A DNA stretch of 62,431 nucleotides from Psammoneis japonica (GCA_008632985.1 QPGO01000148.1:124001-186431); one strand, 5' to 3'. Numbered from the stretch's first letter, positions 23,222-36,605 are shown. Notes: a model not told the origin generated them from the letters alone. A program made the numbers and translations.

Positions 23222-24334
23222 ATGAGGGACGTGTTTGCCGTTTTCATTTTAGTTCCTACTGTGCTTTCTCTCACACCAACAAGCAACACACCAGTGTCTC
23301 GACGTGATGCTTCAATGCCCATACTGACTGGATGCCTTACAGGTGCTTTCATGTCTGCTGATCAGGCGCGAGCCGACAGCATGGATTCCGCTCTGCCTTT
23401 GGGTAGACCACAACTGATCCCAGAAATCGAATCTACTCCCTCTTGGTCACTCCCGTCGCTCGTTACCAATCTTGGTAAATCGAGAATACTTGAAATGGAG
23501 CTGTCGCCTCTCAAGAGCTCCTTGTCGCCTTTTGCAGAACAAGAATTGTATTATGCACCCTTTCTCTTTGGGTCTTGGAATGTGACTGCAACTCTTCAAT
23601 GCAAGGTTTATCCGTATGGAACCAACTATGTGCCGTCGGTATCTCTCATTGAAGGTTCACCACGCAATCGAATAGAAAAAGTGGGTGACTCGACAAGCTA
23701 TCAGTTGCACTATTTTTCGACACTGGCCAACACGGCTTCCAATCAAATCACAGTTCAACTTGGATTGGGAGTTCCGTCTTCCAAAGTTATCGCCGATCGA
23801 AAATTCAATATTATCGCAACAAGCAAAGCATACAAGCAATTAAACCCCGTCCAAGATGTCGAATGGAATCCCACAAAGGATCCGACTCGTCTAGTCTTAT
23901 CCTTTGATCCGGGAGCTGTGGCTCCAGATATGAGACCCTTGGGACAACAAAAGGCGCAAGTTTACATTACCGCTCGACAGTCGGAAGACGCGTTTGATGA
24001 AGAGACTGGACAACCAATTTATTGCGCATCAGAAACGAGTCGCTCCGTCACACAGGGCCCGGGTACTGTAATTGTATCGGATACCGAATCCATTACAGAG
24101 TTTCGCAAAATTTCTGATTCTCACGTGGTGTCTACATCACGAATTGCGGTTTACTTGACACCCAACCCCAACTCTCGAGAAGGTGTCCTTTGGCAGCAGG
24201 TTGGTGGCAAAGCTGTTGCCTTTTATGACTATGAAATTGAAATGAGAAGAAACGAAGAGACCTTTTTGGTGGATGGGAAGGAGCAAAAGAGGGCGTGCGT
24301 CAAGACACCCAAGGATATAATACAGTGCTTCTAG
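23222..24334 (+). CDS. DUF6816-like protein with signal peptide and possible plastid/Tat-type presequence
   Basis: N-terminal hydrophobic signal then SRRDA...A.A. ELYYAPFLFGSWNVTATL and IADRKFN resemble DUF6816 (recalled, not searched). Intact ORF. Confidence 0.6.
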   Translation: MRDVFAVFILVPTVLSLTPTSNTPVSRRDASMPILTGCLTGAFMSADQARADSMDSALPLGRPQLIPEIESTPSWSLPSLVTNLGKSRILEMELSPLKSSLSPFAEQELYYAPFLFGSWNVTATLQCKVYPYGTNYVPSVSLIEGSPRNRIEKVGDSTSYQLHYFSTLANTASNQITVQLGLGVPSSKVIADRKFNIIATSKAYKQLNPVQDVEWNPTKDPTRLVLSFDPGAVAPDMRPLGQQKAQVYITARQSEDAFDEETGQPIYCASETSRSVTQGPGTVIVSDTESITEFRKISDSHVVSTSRIAVYLTPNPNSREGVLWQQVGGKAVAFYDYEIEMRRNEETFLVDGKEQKRACVKTPKDIIQCF

Positions 24335-24378
24335 TAGCGACAAAAAGACAAATCCTACCATATGTATTCATATTATAG

Positions 24379-27300
24379 CTAGCTTTTGGCATCATAATGC
24401 CGAGGAGCAGTCACGCCAGTACGAGGTTTGTTTTTCCCGTCAGACGATGCTCTTGAAAGCGAGCAACAAGCGAGCTCCTCCAGACACATGTGCAGGAGCG
24501 TTGTTGCCGCTTCTGAACTGTTTGATTCTTCGGCAGCAATAGTAATGGTTTCACGAATGTGTGCTGCATACGGTTCGCTTTCCAAGACGGCTGGAAACTC
24601 TCTCAACATTACTTGCATTGCCGCCTCTTTCACGGACTCAAAAGATTTTGCCTCGCTCCATTCAGTATCAGGCAACAATGGAAGCTGGACGTCCGAAGGC
24701 ACTTTGTTAAGAGGAATGTACCGAATGGAATAACTCTTTCGGAGGAATGATGTACAAAGCTGTTGAGCAACCGCCACAACGTCCAAGACCACCTTTGGAC
24801 TAATCAAACGCGATGGTCCCTTTACTTGGTATATTGAATTTGCTACCATCCGTGGCGTACCCATAGCGCCGGTGTCGCAAGCAGTGACAGACTTGCAGCA
24901 AGACCAACAAAAGCACGCGAATGGTTTGGAGGCAAGAAGCCTCATTTCGCATTCACGAACAAGGGACGGACAGAGAAATTCCTCGGCCAATACCGCAATT
25001 TCGAGCAACTGGAGACAGGACGTTGGGCCGTCCCCATCCCATCCGCTTACAATAGATCCATGGTAGATATGTTGAAGCAAAATCTTGCACATTTTGGGAG
25101 AGAGACCGGTTTCGACCTTTACTGGTTCGTCGTTGTCTTTATCCATGTTTTTCATGGATGCAAAGCGAAAGGCGGCAGCAAGTTTCTCGCTTTGAAGAGA
25201 TAGGAGGTCACGATGAACATGGAATTCTTCTCCATCAGCAACAAGAACAGCGTCAGGTGCTACAGAACCTGCGGTTCGGTTTCTTTGTTGGCGTAATTGT
25301 GATCGGATCCGACGACACTCTATGTCAGATTCGCGGCTCATCCAAGGCATTTCGCAAAGAGCATCGCTCCAAAATCCTACAGCCGAGCGATCGTACTTGG
25401 ATATATTCACTTTTTGTCCAACATTCGAGTTGCAGTAGCGAGGCACGAAGCTTCGTAAAGAAATACATCAGGTGGGGAACCTTCATGTGTCGGCAGCAGA
25501 CGATTTGCCACAAGGCTTGATTTCAGTCTTGGATAATCTGCCTGGCTCAGGTGCGCCCCGCGCTTCATTAATATAATGCTGGACTGCAGACAACGCGTTT
25601 TCGCATCGTTATCCATTAGTGCCCAACCATGAAAAAGAGATTTGACCAGAGCTTCAGAGAGTCCAGCTTTCACCACACGTGCCTCCTTTTGTTCTATCCC
25701 TCGAAAGTACGATTCGGGTTGGCGTCGTAGGATGGGATCTTGACGCCGCCTCGTGGATGATGCGGCATGGACCCTTGCAAAAGTATCGAGCATTGTGACC
25801 AACACACTGTTTGCATCCCCTTCATTTTGACAAGCAATCACACTTACTGCAGATTCTTGGCCAGCCGTAATTTCCCGTGTATTTTCATCCTTGCCAAGAA
25901 ATGGATTTGCGCCGGCCTCAATTAAAACGCGTACCATTTCTGTCCTGTTGTTGCAGTGAGCTGTACGAACTGCTGCATGGATAGCCCTAGTCAAGTCGTA
26001 TTGGTACATCCCGCCAGACGCCGTCGTCGGATCATTAAATTCCAACAAGAGACTAACCATGTACAGTGATCCTCGTGACGCTGCCCATGTGAGGGGGCAA
26101 TGCATTGCAGTTGCTTTCGATTGTTGGGCAATTACTTGTTCTGCGTGATGATAGTGGTTGCCTCTCCACATCAAAAGGCTCATGACAACATTTGAGTGTT
26201 CGGCACCAATGGCTGCCAAGAGAGGCGTTCGCCCCAGATCATCCTGGATCCGAAATACCTTGGACATGAGTGAACTAGAGCAGCCATGAAGCAAAGCTTG
26301 TACCAAGTGTTCGTGACCACCCTGACAGGCTAAATGAAGAGGAGTCTGTCCTTTGTAATTCTTCGCGGTAACGAGCTTCTGTTGTTGTACTCGGCTGGAA
26401 CTCTTTGAACGCATGCCGTTCCCCAAGAGCAATGCTAGCGTAGAAGTAGGGGCGCCGACAGAGCAAATATAATGCAGAGCCGTGTTTCCTGAAGTCCTGT
26501 CCCTGGCAGCCAAACTATTTATTTGATTCTTGCTTCCGCCATGACTCAGTAGGATCTTGATACAGCCGTCCCGTCCAAGCTGACACGCCAGCATTAGCGG
26601 TGTAGTCGAAGTCTCGTCATGGCTTTGCTCTCGACTTGTCTTGGTATATCTGTTCTTCCTCTCGAAATTGTCATTCAGCCACAACATTCTAAGCAAGTGC
26701 GGCCTATCCAAGCAAATGGCAAGTCCCACAGGCGAAAGCTTTTTCATTGCGCAAAAGCCGTGGACCTCACTTAAACCCAACTCCTTCAACTTAACCGGTT
26801 GGTTCTGCCCAATGTTGTCGCCATGTTCATTTCTGTAGACGTCCAAGAGTTGGGATAGCGCAACGGAATCATCGTTTATGACGGCAAGGTGAAGTGGATA
26901 CGGATGTTGGAGATAGTCATTGTCCATGACGACGTCAGCTTTCGCCGTAACTGAAATGCCTCGATGAGCTTTGTCTGATTCATCCGTGTCAGTGTCTATT
27001 GATGCGTCAGAGGAAGCAGTCGAGCCACTGCTACTGTCATCGCTGCTTTCCCAAGGAGAGTCCTCTTCGTGCAGCCGTTGTTCTCGTTGTTGCTGTTTCT
27101 TTTCTCTGATAATTTGCCACCATCGGTTGCGCAGTTTTGCCATGTCCCAAGACGCCGATTGGGTATAGCATGATGATACCGATAACTGCTGAATATCTCC
27201 CACGGAGGAACAAGTTTCGTTTTTCGTTTCTAGTGGCTCGGCTACTATCGGAGGTCTGTCTTGGGCTGCAGCTCTTGCTGAGAGAGTCGTAAGTACTACA

Positions 27301-27878
27301 TTCCCACGCTCTTTCTGCTCTATCTGCTCTAGTCGTTCGTTTTCTTGCTGCTCTTTCTCTTTTTCATGTGCCTGCCACGCCACACTCGACCACTTTCCCT
27401 CATCGCTCGTTTCTGTTGTCCTATTATGGCTTGATTTTGTGAAGGATTCACGCACGTCCAACGGAGGAAACAACGACCGAAATTCTGCAAAGGACAAGGC
27501 TGTATCCTTTTTATCTTTAACGTGGCAACCATCAACGGATTGGGTTGTTGATGTACTTTGCTTGTCAATTTTGTCGCGTCGTTTTCGGTTATTTCTGTGA
27601 TGTTGTTTTCTATTGTTTTTCTTATTCTCTGTTGCGTTTGTTCCCGCACGGCCGGTATCGCTGTCGTTTGTATTATTTTTTGACGTATCCTTTTCTTTGT
27701 CTGCTTTTGTCTTTTCCTTTCTATTCCTGCGTTTCCTTTGTTGTTTGTTTCTTTTTCTGGTTACTTGTAACGTTGAGCTGCCGCCGCTGTCAAACGATTC
27801 GCGTGTGCCTACAGACGAATGTGCCAAAGGAGGTATGTTTGACGGCAGGAAAACGGGAGCATCAGCTCTCAACGACAT
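24379..27878 (-). CDS. PAM2-like motif + ankyrin repeats + BTB/POZ protein, frameshift at ~25410
   Basis: N-terminal SLRADAPVFLP. Several TPLHLAC/TALHY ankyrin repeats. BTB DAVLVADGEEFHVHRDLLSLQSEKL...LLQHIYHG. One extra A in gacaaaaagtg fuses the two ORFs (LDKKVNISK). Confidence 0.8.
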
Positions 27879-28139
27879 GCTACTACGAAGAAGAAAGAAG
27901 GATGTCACTGTGTTGCATGGAGGGATGACAGGTATGAGGAGGCGTTGCAACGTTGCAATGTTAATGACTCTATTACCGGCACCACGTTGCGACTCTTATT
28001 TTTTTCTTTGTGTGTCTCACCCATTCATTTTGAGTCGCGAATCGATCACTTCAAAGCGAGTCCCGAATCGGACGAAAGCCTCGAAAATTAATGGGTTCTC
28101 CTCCATCGCCAGGCTGGAAGGAAACATTGCGTGGGTCAC

Positions 28140-30480
28140 GACCCGCAAATCTCAAGGAGGTTTGTGTCCACTGAGACATGCACCAGCAATCACAAGCAGA
28201 AAGGATCAATGTTGCTTGGTTGCACCAGAGAAAGGCTGAGACAAGTGCCTTGTTTTGTGACCCGCCAGATTTTCAGCCGGAAATGAAGCAGCTCAAGGCT
28301 CACAGCGTCAATTGTGGAAACACCAACTGGCAAGGACTCAATGCAATCTTGTTGAGATGAGAAGTGATTGTGTGGAGAATGGCACAACTCAATGATGATC
28401 AAGAGACGGACAGTGTTCGAAAGCATTGTGCAGCCACCAAAGGAGATGTCGTCTGCTGTGATGTGTGCTTTCTTGTGTGGCTCTGTTTCTCCAGGAGATC
28501 TTTTGCAACTTTTCTGACCTTGTCACAAGGCATCTCAACAGAAAAAAAATCCACACAGAGGTTTTTGTCTTTGAGACCAGATTTCCGTTTTTTTCCACAT
28601 TCCCGCATTTCCAGATTTCCGAGTTTCCGTTTTTCTGGATGTCCGGGTTTCCGTTTTTGTGGATTTCTGGGTTTCTGTTTTTCCACTTTTCAACGTCAGC
28701 CACACGCCCACAGCTTCTACGTGGGTTTCTATGCACCTTCTTGCACTGATGTTGCCCTTCTCAGATGGTGTTGATTTGGCTCCAACAAGCCCATTCTGCC
28801 CACGTTTGCGCCAATGGTGCATCCTCACCACAGCATGATGAGCAAAGTTCATCAGTGGAAAACGATGAGTGTCCCGGCCTTTTGGTTCGTAAGCTGGTTG
28901 TTTTTTCTTGTAATTTTCTGTTGTCTCAGAAAATTTTCTACAAAGGTTCTGGTGCAAATTCTGCGCGGATCTGCAGATGCTGCTGACGATCTGCATGTCA
29001 CTTCCCCAGCCTGCTTTTGTCCTTGCGAATTGGTTCTCAATGCTGCTTCTTTTCCTTGCCATGCAATCAAGTCCTTCACTCTTTGTGGTGCAAGCCCACT
29101 TCTGTTGCGGCCCTTTTCAGCAAGAACATTGGTTGTCCTTTGGAGTCATTTGATTGTCATTGATTTGCTGCTCCCATCGGTCTTTCTGCGCAAGATCTGG
29201 CATTGTTTCTGTGTGCTGCCTCTGACTGTCTACGTGTCACTTCTCTGGACCACTTTTGTCCTTGACAATTGGTCTTCAACCTCTCCACTTTTCTCTGCCA
29301 TGCAATCAAGTGCTTCACTCTTTGTGGTGAATCTGCTGCTTCTTTTGCGGCCCTTTTCAGCAAGAACACAAGTTGTCCTGTGGTGCCATTTGATGGTCTT
29401 TGGTTTGCTGCTCTCAGTGGCTTTTCTGTGCAAGACTCAGCATTGTTTCTACGTGTCAAGAACATTTTCTCCAACGACCTGCTTGTCTTGCCTTCAAGGC
29501 TGCCTTTGTGGACTGTTTTAAAAACCCATCTGAGTGCAATTGTCCGTTGCAGTTGTGGTGTGCCTTCTGTGGCTGTCATCAACAAGCACGCAACAAATCC
29601 CTCATGTGAATCATTCCTCCCAAGTCATCTTGGTGGGGTGTCATCTTCTGGTGACGCCCATTCCGGCTGATCCCGTGCAAGCTCCTGCCGCACTTGACTG
29701 TGTGCTGGGAGTGTGGGTCAGCCGGCGCCGGCCCAGCTGGCAAAGGAGTGACAGCACTCAAAAAACAGATCTGTTTTTTTTGGGGGCTTTCTGTTTTTTC
29801 GGATGTCTGTTTTTCAGTTTTTCTGATTTCTGTCTTTCTGTTTTTCCAGATTTCTGGGTTTCCAATTTTCCAGATTTCTGGGTTTCCACGTTTCCGGATT
29901 TGGTTTCCATTTTTCCGGATTTCCGGGTTTCCGTTTTTCTGGATTTTCTGGGTTTTCATTTTTCCGGATTTCCGGGTTTCCATTTTTCCAGATTTCCAGG
30001 TTTCTGTTTTTCCAGATTTCCAGGTTTCTGTTTTTCCGGATTTCTGGGTTTCCACATTTTTGAATTTCCGGGTTTCCGTTTTTCTGGATTTCTGGGTTTC
30101 CATTTTTCTGGATTTCCTGGTTTCCAGCCAAAGGGAGCATGGTGTTTGTCGATGCCTGGCATCAGTGCATGCACAAGCAGCAAGGAGACAAGCAAGGCCA
30201 GCCCATGCTTCATGTGGCTGCATGTTTTCATCAATGCAAAAGGAAACATCATCTGTGATGTGTGCTTTCTTGTGCAACTCTGTTTCTCCAGGAGAACTTT
30301 TGCAACTGCTCTGACCTTGTCACAAGGCATCTCAACAGAAAAAAATTCCACACAGAGGTTTTTGTCTTTGCAAGAGATGAAAGTTTGTGAGGAACAAGAT
30401 GAGGAGTTGGCAGCTTGGCTTGACAATGAAGAGGGGCAAAAGCTTTAAGATGGAAGAGAGCAAGTTCAGCAGAGTGACAC
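28140..30480. repeat. TpA-depleted composite repeat with 24-bp minisatellite arrays (~28575-28690, ~29790-30125) and internal direct repeats
   Basis: Unit consensus TTTTCCGGA-TTTCCGGG-TTTCCGT. ~130-bp direct repeat 28440-28572 / 30240-30370. ~240-bp-period duplication 29030-29460. Confidence 0.85.
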
Positions 30481-30489
30481 TTTGCAAGG

Positions 30490-32620
30490 TTGCTGACAGG
30501 ATTTGAACAGGATTTGGATGCGCGCGAAGTATCGCGCGCTGTTTAGTTTACCGCGCACAGTTTTGTGTGCTTTAGTTCCGCGCGTTCGCGCGCGATGTAG
30601 TTTGCTTTCGAGCCACAAGGCTCACAAGAATAATAACAGTAGCCCGATTATACCGACTTACACGTCTTTCGGCTCCTGTAACGGTCTCTGAGCGGAGACT
30701 CATCTGCTATTTAGACAGCAGTAAGGAGTTATTGTTTGAATTCTTGCCATTTGCCTTCGATTTCTGTCAGATTAACAGTCTTGCTCATTGTCAACCCATT
30801 GAGCAACCGCCATCGTCGTCGTTGATTTACCAACGACGCTATTTCAATTCTACGTGGACCTCCGTATATATTCTACATACATCGGCAAGTCTACGCGCAT
30901 TCAATACCAGGGCATCGGCAGGAAGTTAACGTCACCGTCAAGTCTCCTTACCGCTGGATATCTGGATTGATTATACTACCTTTGATCGCTGAATACTTAT
31001 ATTCAACGGTCATATCCAAGACTGTCAGCTTGATCAACATCCCTTGATAAACCTATTCTTCGGTTAACGGTCAAGAACCCTACATATTCAAGGATCTTCG
31101 TCGCTGAAGACATATATATATATACATATCTTCACGGCCAAGAACCTGTACCCACTCTTCGGACCACGGTTTTGCTGCCACTCTACAAGCACACCGAGTC
31201 CATTGTACCTGATCTACCCCGGACTGCTGGTGCTCTACAGTTCTACTAGGTCCACGAGGACGACTGTGAGAGCAAGCAGCCGTGATTACAGCCTACGTTG
31301 GGGCGAGGGTGCTTTCCCGCGTTTGTTCGTTCGTCCACAGCGCCCAACGCCTGCGTCAACTGGCCAGCCTGATCGGGAAATCCAACCGACATAAAATGAG
31401 AACGGTTCGGGGGTCTTGTCCACCTCTGGTCAGCTCACCTGCAGGGGTTTACAACCCGCTGCTCCGCTCGTAAGCAACCCAAAGCGCCACCAGCTGCGGG
31501 TTCGGACGTGCCGGCACAACTCTACGGACCGGATGGGAAGTTTAGCACTCAACAACGAACGGGATGGCAAAGCCCGGCGACTTCTGATTTTAAGATAGTT
31601 CAAGATTTCAAGTCAAGTCCATTTCAAGTCAAGTCCATTCTCACCCAAGTTTCAAGTCTACCTTCGTTTTTCGAGTCTACCTTCGAGTCCACCTTCGCTT
31701 CCCAATCAGAATTGATTGTCCTGACACCACTTTTGTCCACCATGGTTCTCACTCGTCAGCAACAAATCGATGGTTTTGAGCACGTTGTTGGAACCGTGCT
31801 TGCCCAAGGTGCTGGGAGTCCTCTTCGTTTGGCTTTGGCCCAAGACGGCACGGACTCGCATCAGGAACTGTTCACGTTCATGCCGTCCCAAATCGACTCG
31901 CTTGAGTGCGACAACGGCACCAATGCAATCCCTTTGCCTCGTGGTTACAAGAACATGTTAGCAGCGCTAGTTGGTCTGTGCATTGTCAAAGCACACAAAG
32001 GTCTTGACGTTGCCAACGACTCCTCTTTGTTCATGCATGACGAGTTCCTTGCCTGCCGCCTCAGCCCGGACTGCATGTCCTCTGTGTCCATCGGCAGCTC
32101 ACCCCTTGCACCTCCACATGTCACCAACCCGACCAAGGCACGCGACCCGGTGCGAGACTTCAAGCGAGGCATCAAGCGTGATCCCACCGCTTTCACGGCT
32201 CTCAAATCCGACAAGCAGTGGCACACTTGGCACACCTCACTTGTGGCACAAGCCCGTGCCCAAGACGTCGAGTGCATTCTAGACTCGTCGTACAAACCGA
32301 CCAGCCCCGAAGACAAACTGCTCTTTGCTGAACAGCAAAAGTGCATGTTCGCCGTCTTCGAACGCATCCTTCTAACCGACAAGGGCAAGGCTCTCATTCG
32401 CGAAAATGTGGGGTCTTCTGACGCACAGACCGTCTGCCGCTCCTTGTCTGAGCACGCGCTTGCCTCCACCCGCGCATCTGTCGAGTCCTCCACCCTGCTC
32501 ACGCACCTCACCACCGCACGTCTTGGTGATGGCACTTGGAAAGGTCCAACCCACGGGTTCATCCTTCATTGGCAAGATCAGTTGCGCAAGTGCGAGGCAC
32601 TCATCCCCGCCAGTGACCAC
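30490..32620 (+). mobile_element. 5' fragment of a second-lineage CoDi copia: putative LTR/leader plus truncated gag (ATG 31742)
   Basis: Gag motifs DFKRGIKRDPTAF.LK.DKQW, AQARAQDV..ILD, LLTDKGKALIR, WKG..HGFILHWQDQLR typical of diatom copia. The LTR/leader assignment and left boundary are inferred. Confidence 0.75.
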
Positions 32621-33471
32621 TTCTCTGCATGTGGCGAAGCCGTCAAACGCTCCATGGCCACCGCATCTTTTCGGTGTCGATCGAAATTCAATTCGTCAAA
32701 CGTGTGCCAACAGCACAGCGTTTTTAACACACGCTTTTCCTGGTTGATGTCTCGAATCACAAAGACATCACGAAAGCATCCGTGTGCTTTGTAGCAAATC
32801 TGCCGATGATGCTTGTTCCGTTCACAGTTAAAATCAGACATGTCGATCTCATGCACATTGTTGCAAGCCGGAAAAGACTTGGACTGCCACTCGTACATTG
32901 GTTTGCACTCTGGATGTTCTTCGTAAACTGCACATTTCGCATGCCTGACGCAATGCTTGCTGTTGTTCACAATGTCATTCCGTCGTTCCAAATCGTCAGC
33001 GGAAACATTCATTTCCCTCTTGCTTGGACACACCGGGCAGTCGTCGGGAAGTCGCTGAAATGACGGTCTGTCAGGCTCAAGGATCTCATCCAGAATGTGA
33101 TTGGTGCAGATCACAAGTCTGGGGCGTACGCCACATCCAAGTTTCAAAAGATCGTCGACTCCGCCCACGGTGCAGGATGCGCCGAGCAGATGATTCAACC
33201 TGTTGCTCGCGCACATTCGTCTCAGTCCTCCACGGCTGAGCAAATCATGGGGAGGAACAGTGCTGGCCTCATTGCTGCCTCCCTGCCTCCACACAAAGAT
33301 CACAAACAACCATCCAATCAATTGAAGAAACAAAAGCACAGCAAGTGAAAGCCACACCTTTTGAACTGCAGTCATTCCCTCGCGTCGGTCATTTCGCATT
33401 CTCCCCTTTCTCAAGATTGTTCGAGACTGTTTCAGTGCTCTTCGATTTCCCATTCTAGAAATGACACTCAC
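32620..33471 (-). pseudogene. 3'-truncated diatom membrane-anchored protein kinase-like gene
   Basis: TM segment, then FPACNNVHEID, AHGCFRDVF, VLKTL, NFDRHRKDAVAMERLTASPH (kinase N-lobe of a diatom family). Breaks at the junction with gag. Confidence 0.75.
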
Positions 33472-34367
33472 GATATCAGAAGCTGTAGACTTTTCTCAGC
33501 CAGGACAAGACGGACAAAGCCACCAAAACCGTCAGTCTGTGTTGCCGATCATTGCGTGTGGAGGACGAAACGAGACGGAAGAAAGAGGCGGGTGACGTTG
33601 CGTGATCGTTGGATCGAACATCAAATTTTATAGGTATATAATGAATGGAGATCCTAATAGTCCGTTGAGAATTTTTTTCAACGATATTCATTTGATATAT
33701 GAAATTGAGGTTTATTAGAACTAGATAAGAAATCATACTGCCCTGAACGTAATAAACATACGAGCACAGAGCTTTTGTATAAAAAGATTTTTCGCCACAA
33801 AATGCAGAGGCCGAAACAACCAACCAAGGCAAGAAGAAAAATAAGGCAGCGCTCGTTCTTTGTAGTACAGTATGGTCTAGCCATTTGATAGGAGCGCCTT
33901 GCTGCCTTAGAAATCTATCGGCCATACCCACTGACCTTTTCTAACGTTTCCACGCAAGAAAAATCAGGGAAGGAACAAGTTCTCTTCGTTGTACGTCCTC
34001 AGGGTGCATTAACCAACGTTTCGGGTGTCACATGCATCCAACAACAACAACAAAATTTTGAAACATTGAACGGTGGACAAGTAGGAAGCTGGAGACGACG
34101 CTCTGAATCGTACTTTGGAAGATAAACCATACCGGTAGTAATCTAGAATACGACGAGAACGAAAGAGCGAAATCGGACGAGGCTACCAGAGTACTTCTAG
34201 AAATTAGGACAAAACCTAGAATTCTATGTCCATCGAAGAGAGCATGAATACCTTTTTCGCAATGCTGGTAACGCAATTGTTACTAGTACTTTTCTTTATC
34301 CTACACATCCACAATGTTCCCAGATCCCTTCCCATTTCCCGCTCTCCGTAACATTTATTGACAGGCA

Positions 34368-36605
34368 TTAGATACGTTTGATTTCCACTTGGATTCGATC
34401 ATGAACATTATGCTCCATCTCCACGGTACCGTCAGCGGCGTTTTCAAGTGTCTCGCGGGGAATCGGATGAATGTTCATGGTCGAGTACGTCCCGCCAGTA
34501 GGGCCCCGACTTAAATATCCGGGGTTCACAACGACCGTATGCTCCAACACGGTACGAGCAAAGCGCTGGAGCTTGGATGGAACAATCAACACGTCCGGTT
34601 GACAAGGCATATCACACTGCTGCATATGCTTCAAGTCCAAATTTGCTTCTTCGGACGGAAAGAGAGGATAGTAAGATTGCTGAAGAAGCAAGTGCTGCGC
34701 CATGCGCATAATGGTGGTGCCAGGAACAAGGTTTCCGTTGGTGGCATTCTTGTTCATATCAAAGAGAACGTCTGCAGAGCCAACGCCAATCACAATCTCG
34801 TTCACCTTGAGGGTACAAGGGTTGGATACACAATGAACCCGGCGACTCTTTTTCGTTGACGTTTCTCCAGCCGTCTCGACATGGTGCAACCCAAGGGTTC
34901 CAAACTCAAGTCCGTCCAAGCCAGGGAAAGACACAAGCTTTCCTCCATTTGGCACTCGATCGGTCAGGGGTGCTTGAGGGTACCTATGCACGAAGATAAA
35001 ATGAGAAGTTAAGTCAATGCAAAGAAAATCTGGTAGAAAACGTAACTGCAAGACTTACACCCATTCAGCGTTGGCGTCGTCCATACTAGGAACAAGGACA
35101 AATTGGGTGTGAATTTCTTCTTCTTCAAACAAACTTTCAATATATGCAGCCACCTTGTTAGCAAAGAATGCATCATAGTCAACGTTCATTTTTGTACCAT
35201 CCTCCGTGTCCAACATCAAATCGCCTTCTTTGATTTGTTCATGTCGCAAATCAACAAATGGTCCGGTCATAATGACAAGGTCAGGCTTTTCCCTCTGGAT
35301 CGCCTGCATCAAATCCAAGAGCGGTGCGTACTCGAGATTGTCGCTTGTAGTATAAGGCCCACAAACCGATACAATTTTGAGTGGCTGTCCATTCTGCACG
35401 TCATAATGATAGCGAATCAAATCCTCCACTGTACTCTTGTTGGCGGCGTGCGCAGCGCCCTCGCAAATTTTGTGCGCCACCATATCGCGACCACAATGGT
35501 TAACTCCCTCAATCGCGACGATCTGTCCGGGAAAAAGAGAGAAGGGGGCTTTGGACTCCTTGATTTTGGACAAGTCGATGCTGATGCGGCATCCGTTCGA
35601 CACGTGACGGCATCCCTCCAGCACAACCGACGTGTCATTCATCTTGCCCATGTGAGCCTGAACAAATAAAAATCGAAGAGAAATGTAAGCGCAACATCAA
35701 GAATTGTAGAACTGCAAGAGCAAAAGATCGAGTTCTTGGGAAGACTTACTTCACTACAGATCCTTCCTACACAACGAACTACTTCTTCACCCGGTACCCC
35801 AACAGTTTGTAAGGCAATCTCCTCGTCGTCGCTGTCAATACCATAACGCTCCACAATCAAGTCTCCCATCTTCACCAAGCGGTTGTCTAACGCATCCGCC
35901 CGTTCTTCCAAAGTAGTAAACATATGGCGATAAGGCTTTTTCACGTTGGTATCAAAGCCATACGATACGACACACCTTGGACCTGATGACACATCATCTT
36001 CCGAAGTAACATCCATCAGTTTGTCGTTGGGTTGGTAGGAAACCTCCACCTTGTCAGCATCCTTGCGTTCGTCGTACTTGGAAATATGACTTGGCGTCAC
36101 AACTGACTTAGTTGGACTGACGGATACTCGAGTAGCAACTGAATCCACGCCCGAGGAAGACTGGGCATTGCCGGGTGGAGTTGTGCGCTTGTTGGAGGGA
36201 GGTGTCACCATGGGTAAGTTGCGTTTGCCCAATCCCGGACGTGCAACAACGGCGCCATCGCTTTGAGATACTTTGTCGACTACATCCATTTGCTTGAATA
36301 ATTCGTTGCGAAAGCCTTGAAAGGTGTGATCGGTCAGCTCTGTAAGGTTCTTGGTGAGACTGTACGCGTCCCATACTTCTGCCATTTGCGTTGGAGTCGT
36401 GTGTAGCGAGGAAGCCAATAAAACGCCTGATCACAAAATAGTGAAACCCAAGGAGCAACTTACAGTATGAGAGATGCATACAGCGCGACACACAGCGATC
36501 ATAGGAGACGTTCAGAGGTTGACTTACACCTGCTAAGAATTTCATCATCGACCCCGTCGAGACCGACATCGGAGAAGGCACAACAATGTCTTCTTTCACA
36601 CTCAT
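34368..36605 (-). CDS. POLA2: DNA polymerase alpha subunit B, multi-exon
   Basis: YRHMF, VGRIC, SVVLEG, FSLFPGQIVAIEGVN, GPYTTSDNLEY, PDLVIMTGPFVD, YPQAP, SNPCTLKVNE, QQSYYPLFP, PDVLIVPS, VNPG. GT-AG introns between ORFs. Confidence 0.95.

Noticed and set aside
29790..30125. CRISPR-like or telomeric array; 304-aa FPGF-repeat ORF
   Set aside because: No unique spacers, eukaryotic context, not a telomere unit; the ORF is a translation of the minisatellite.
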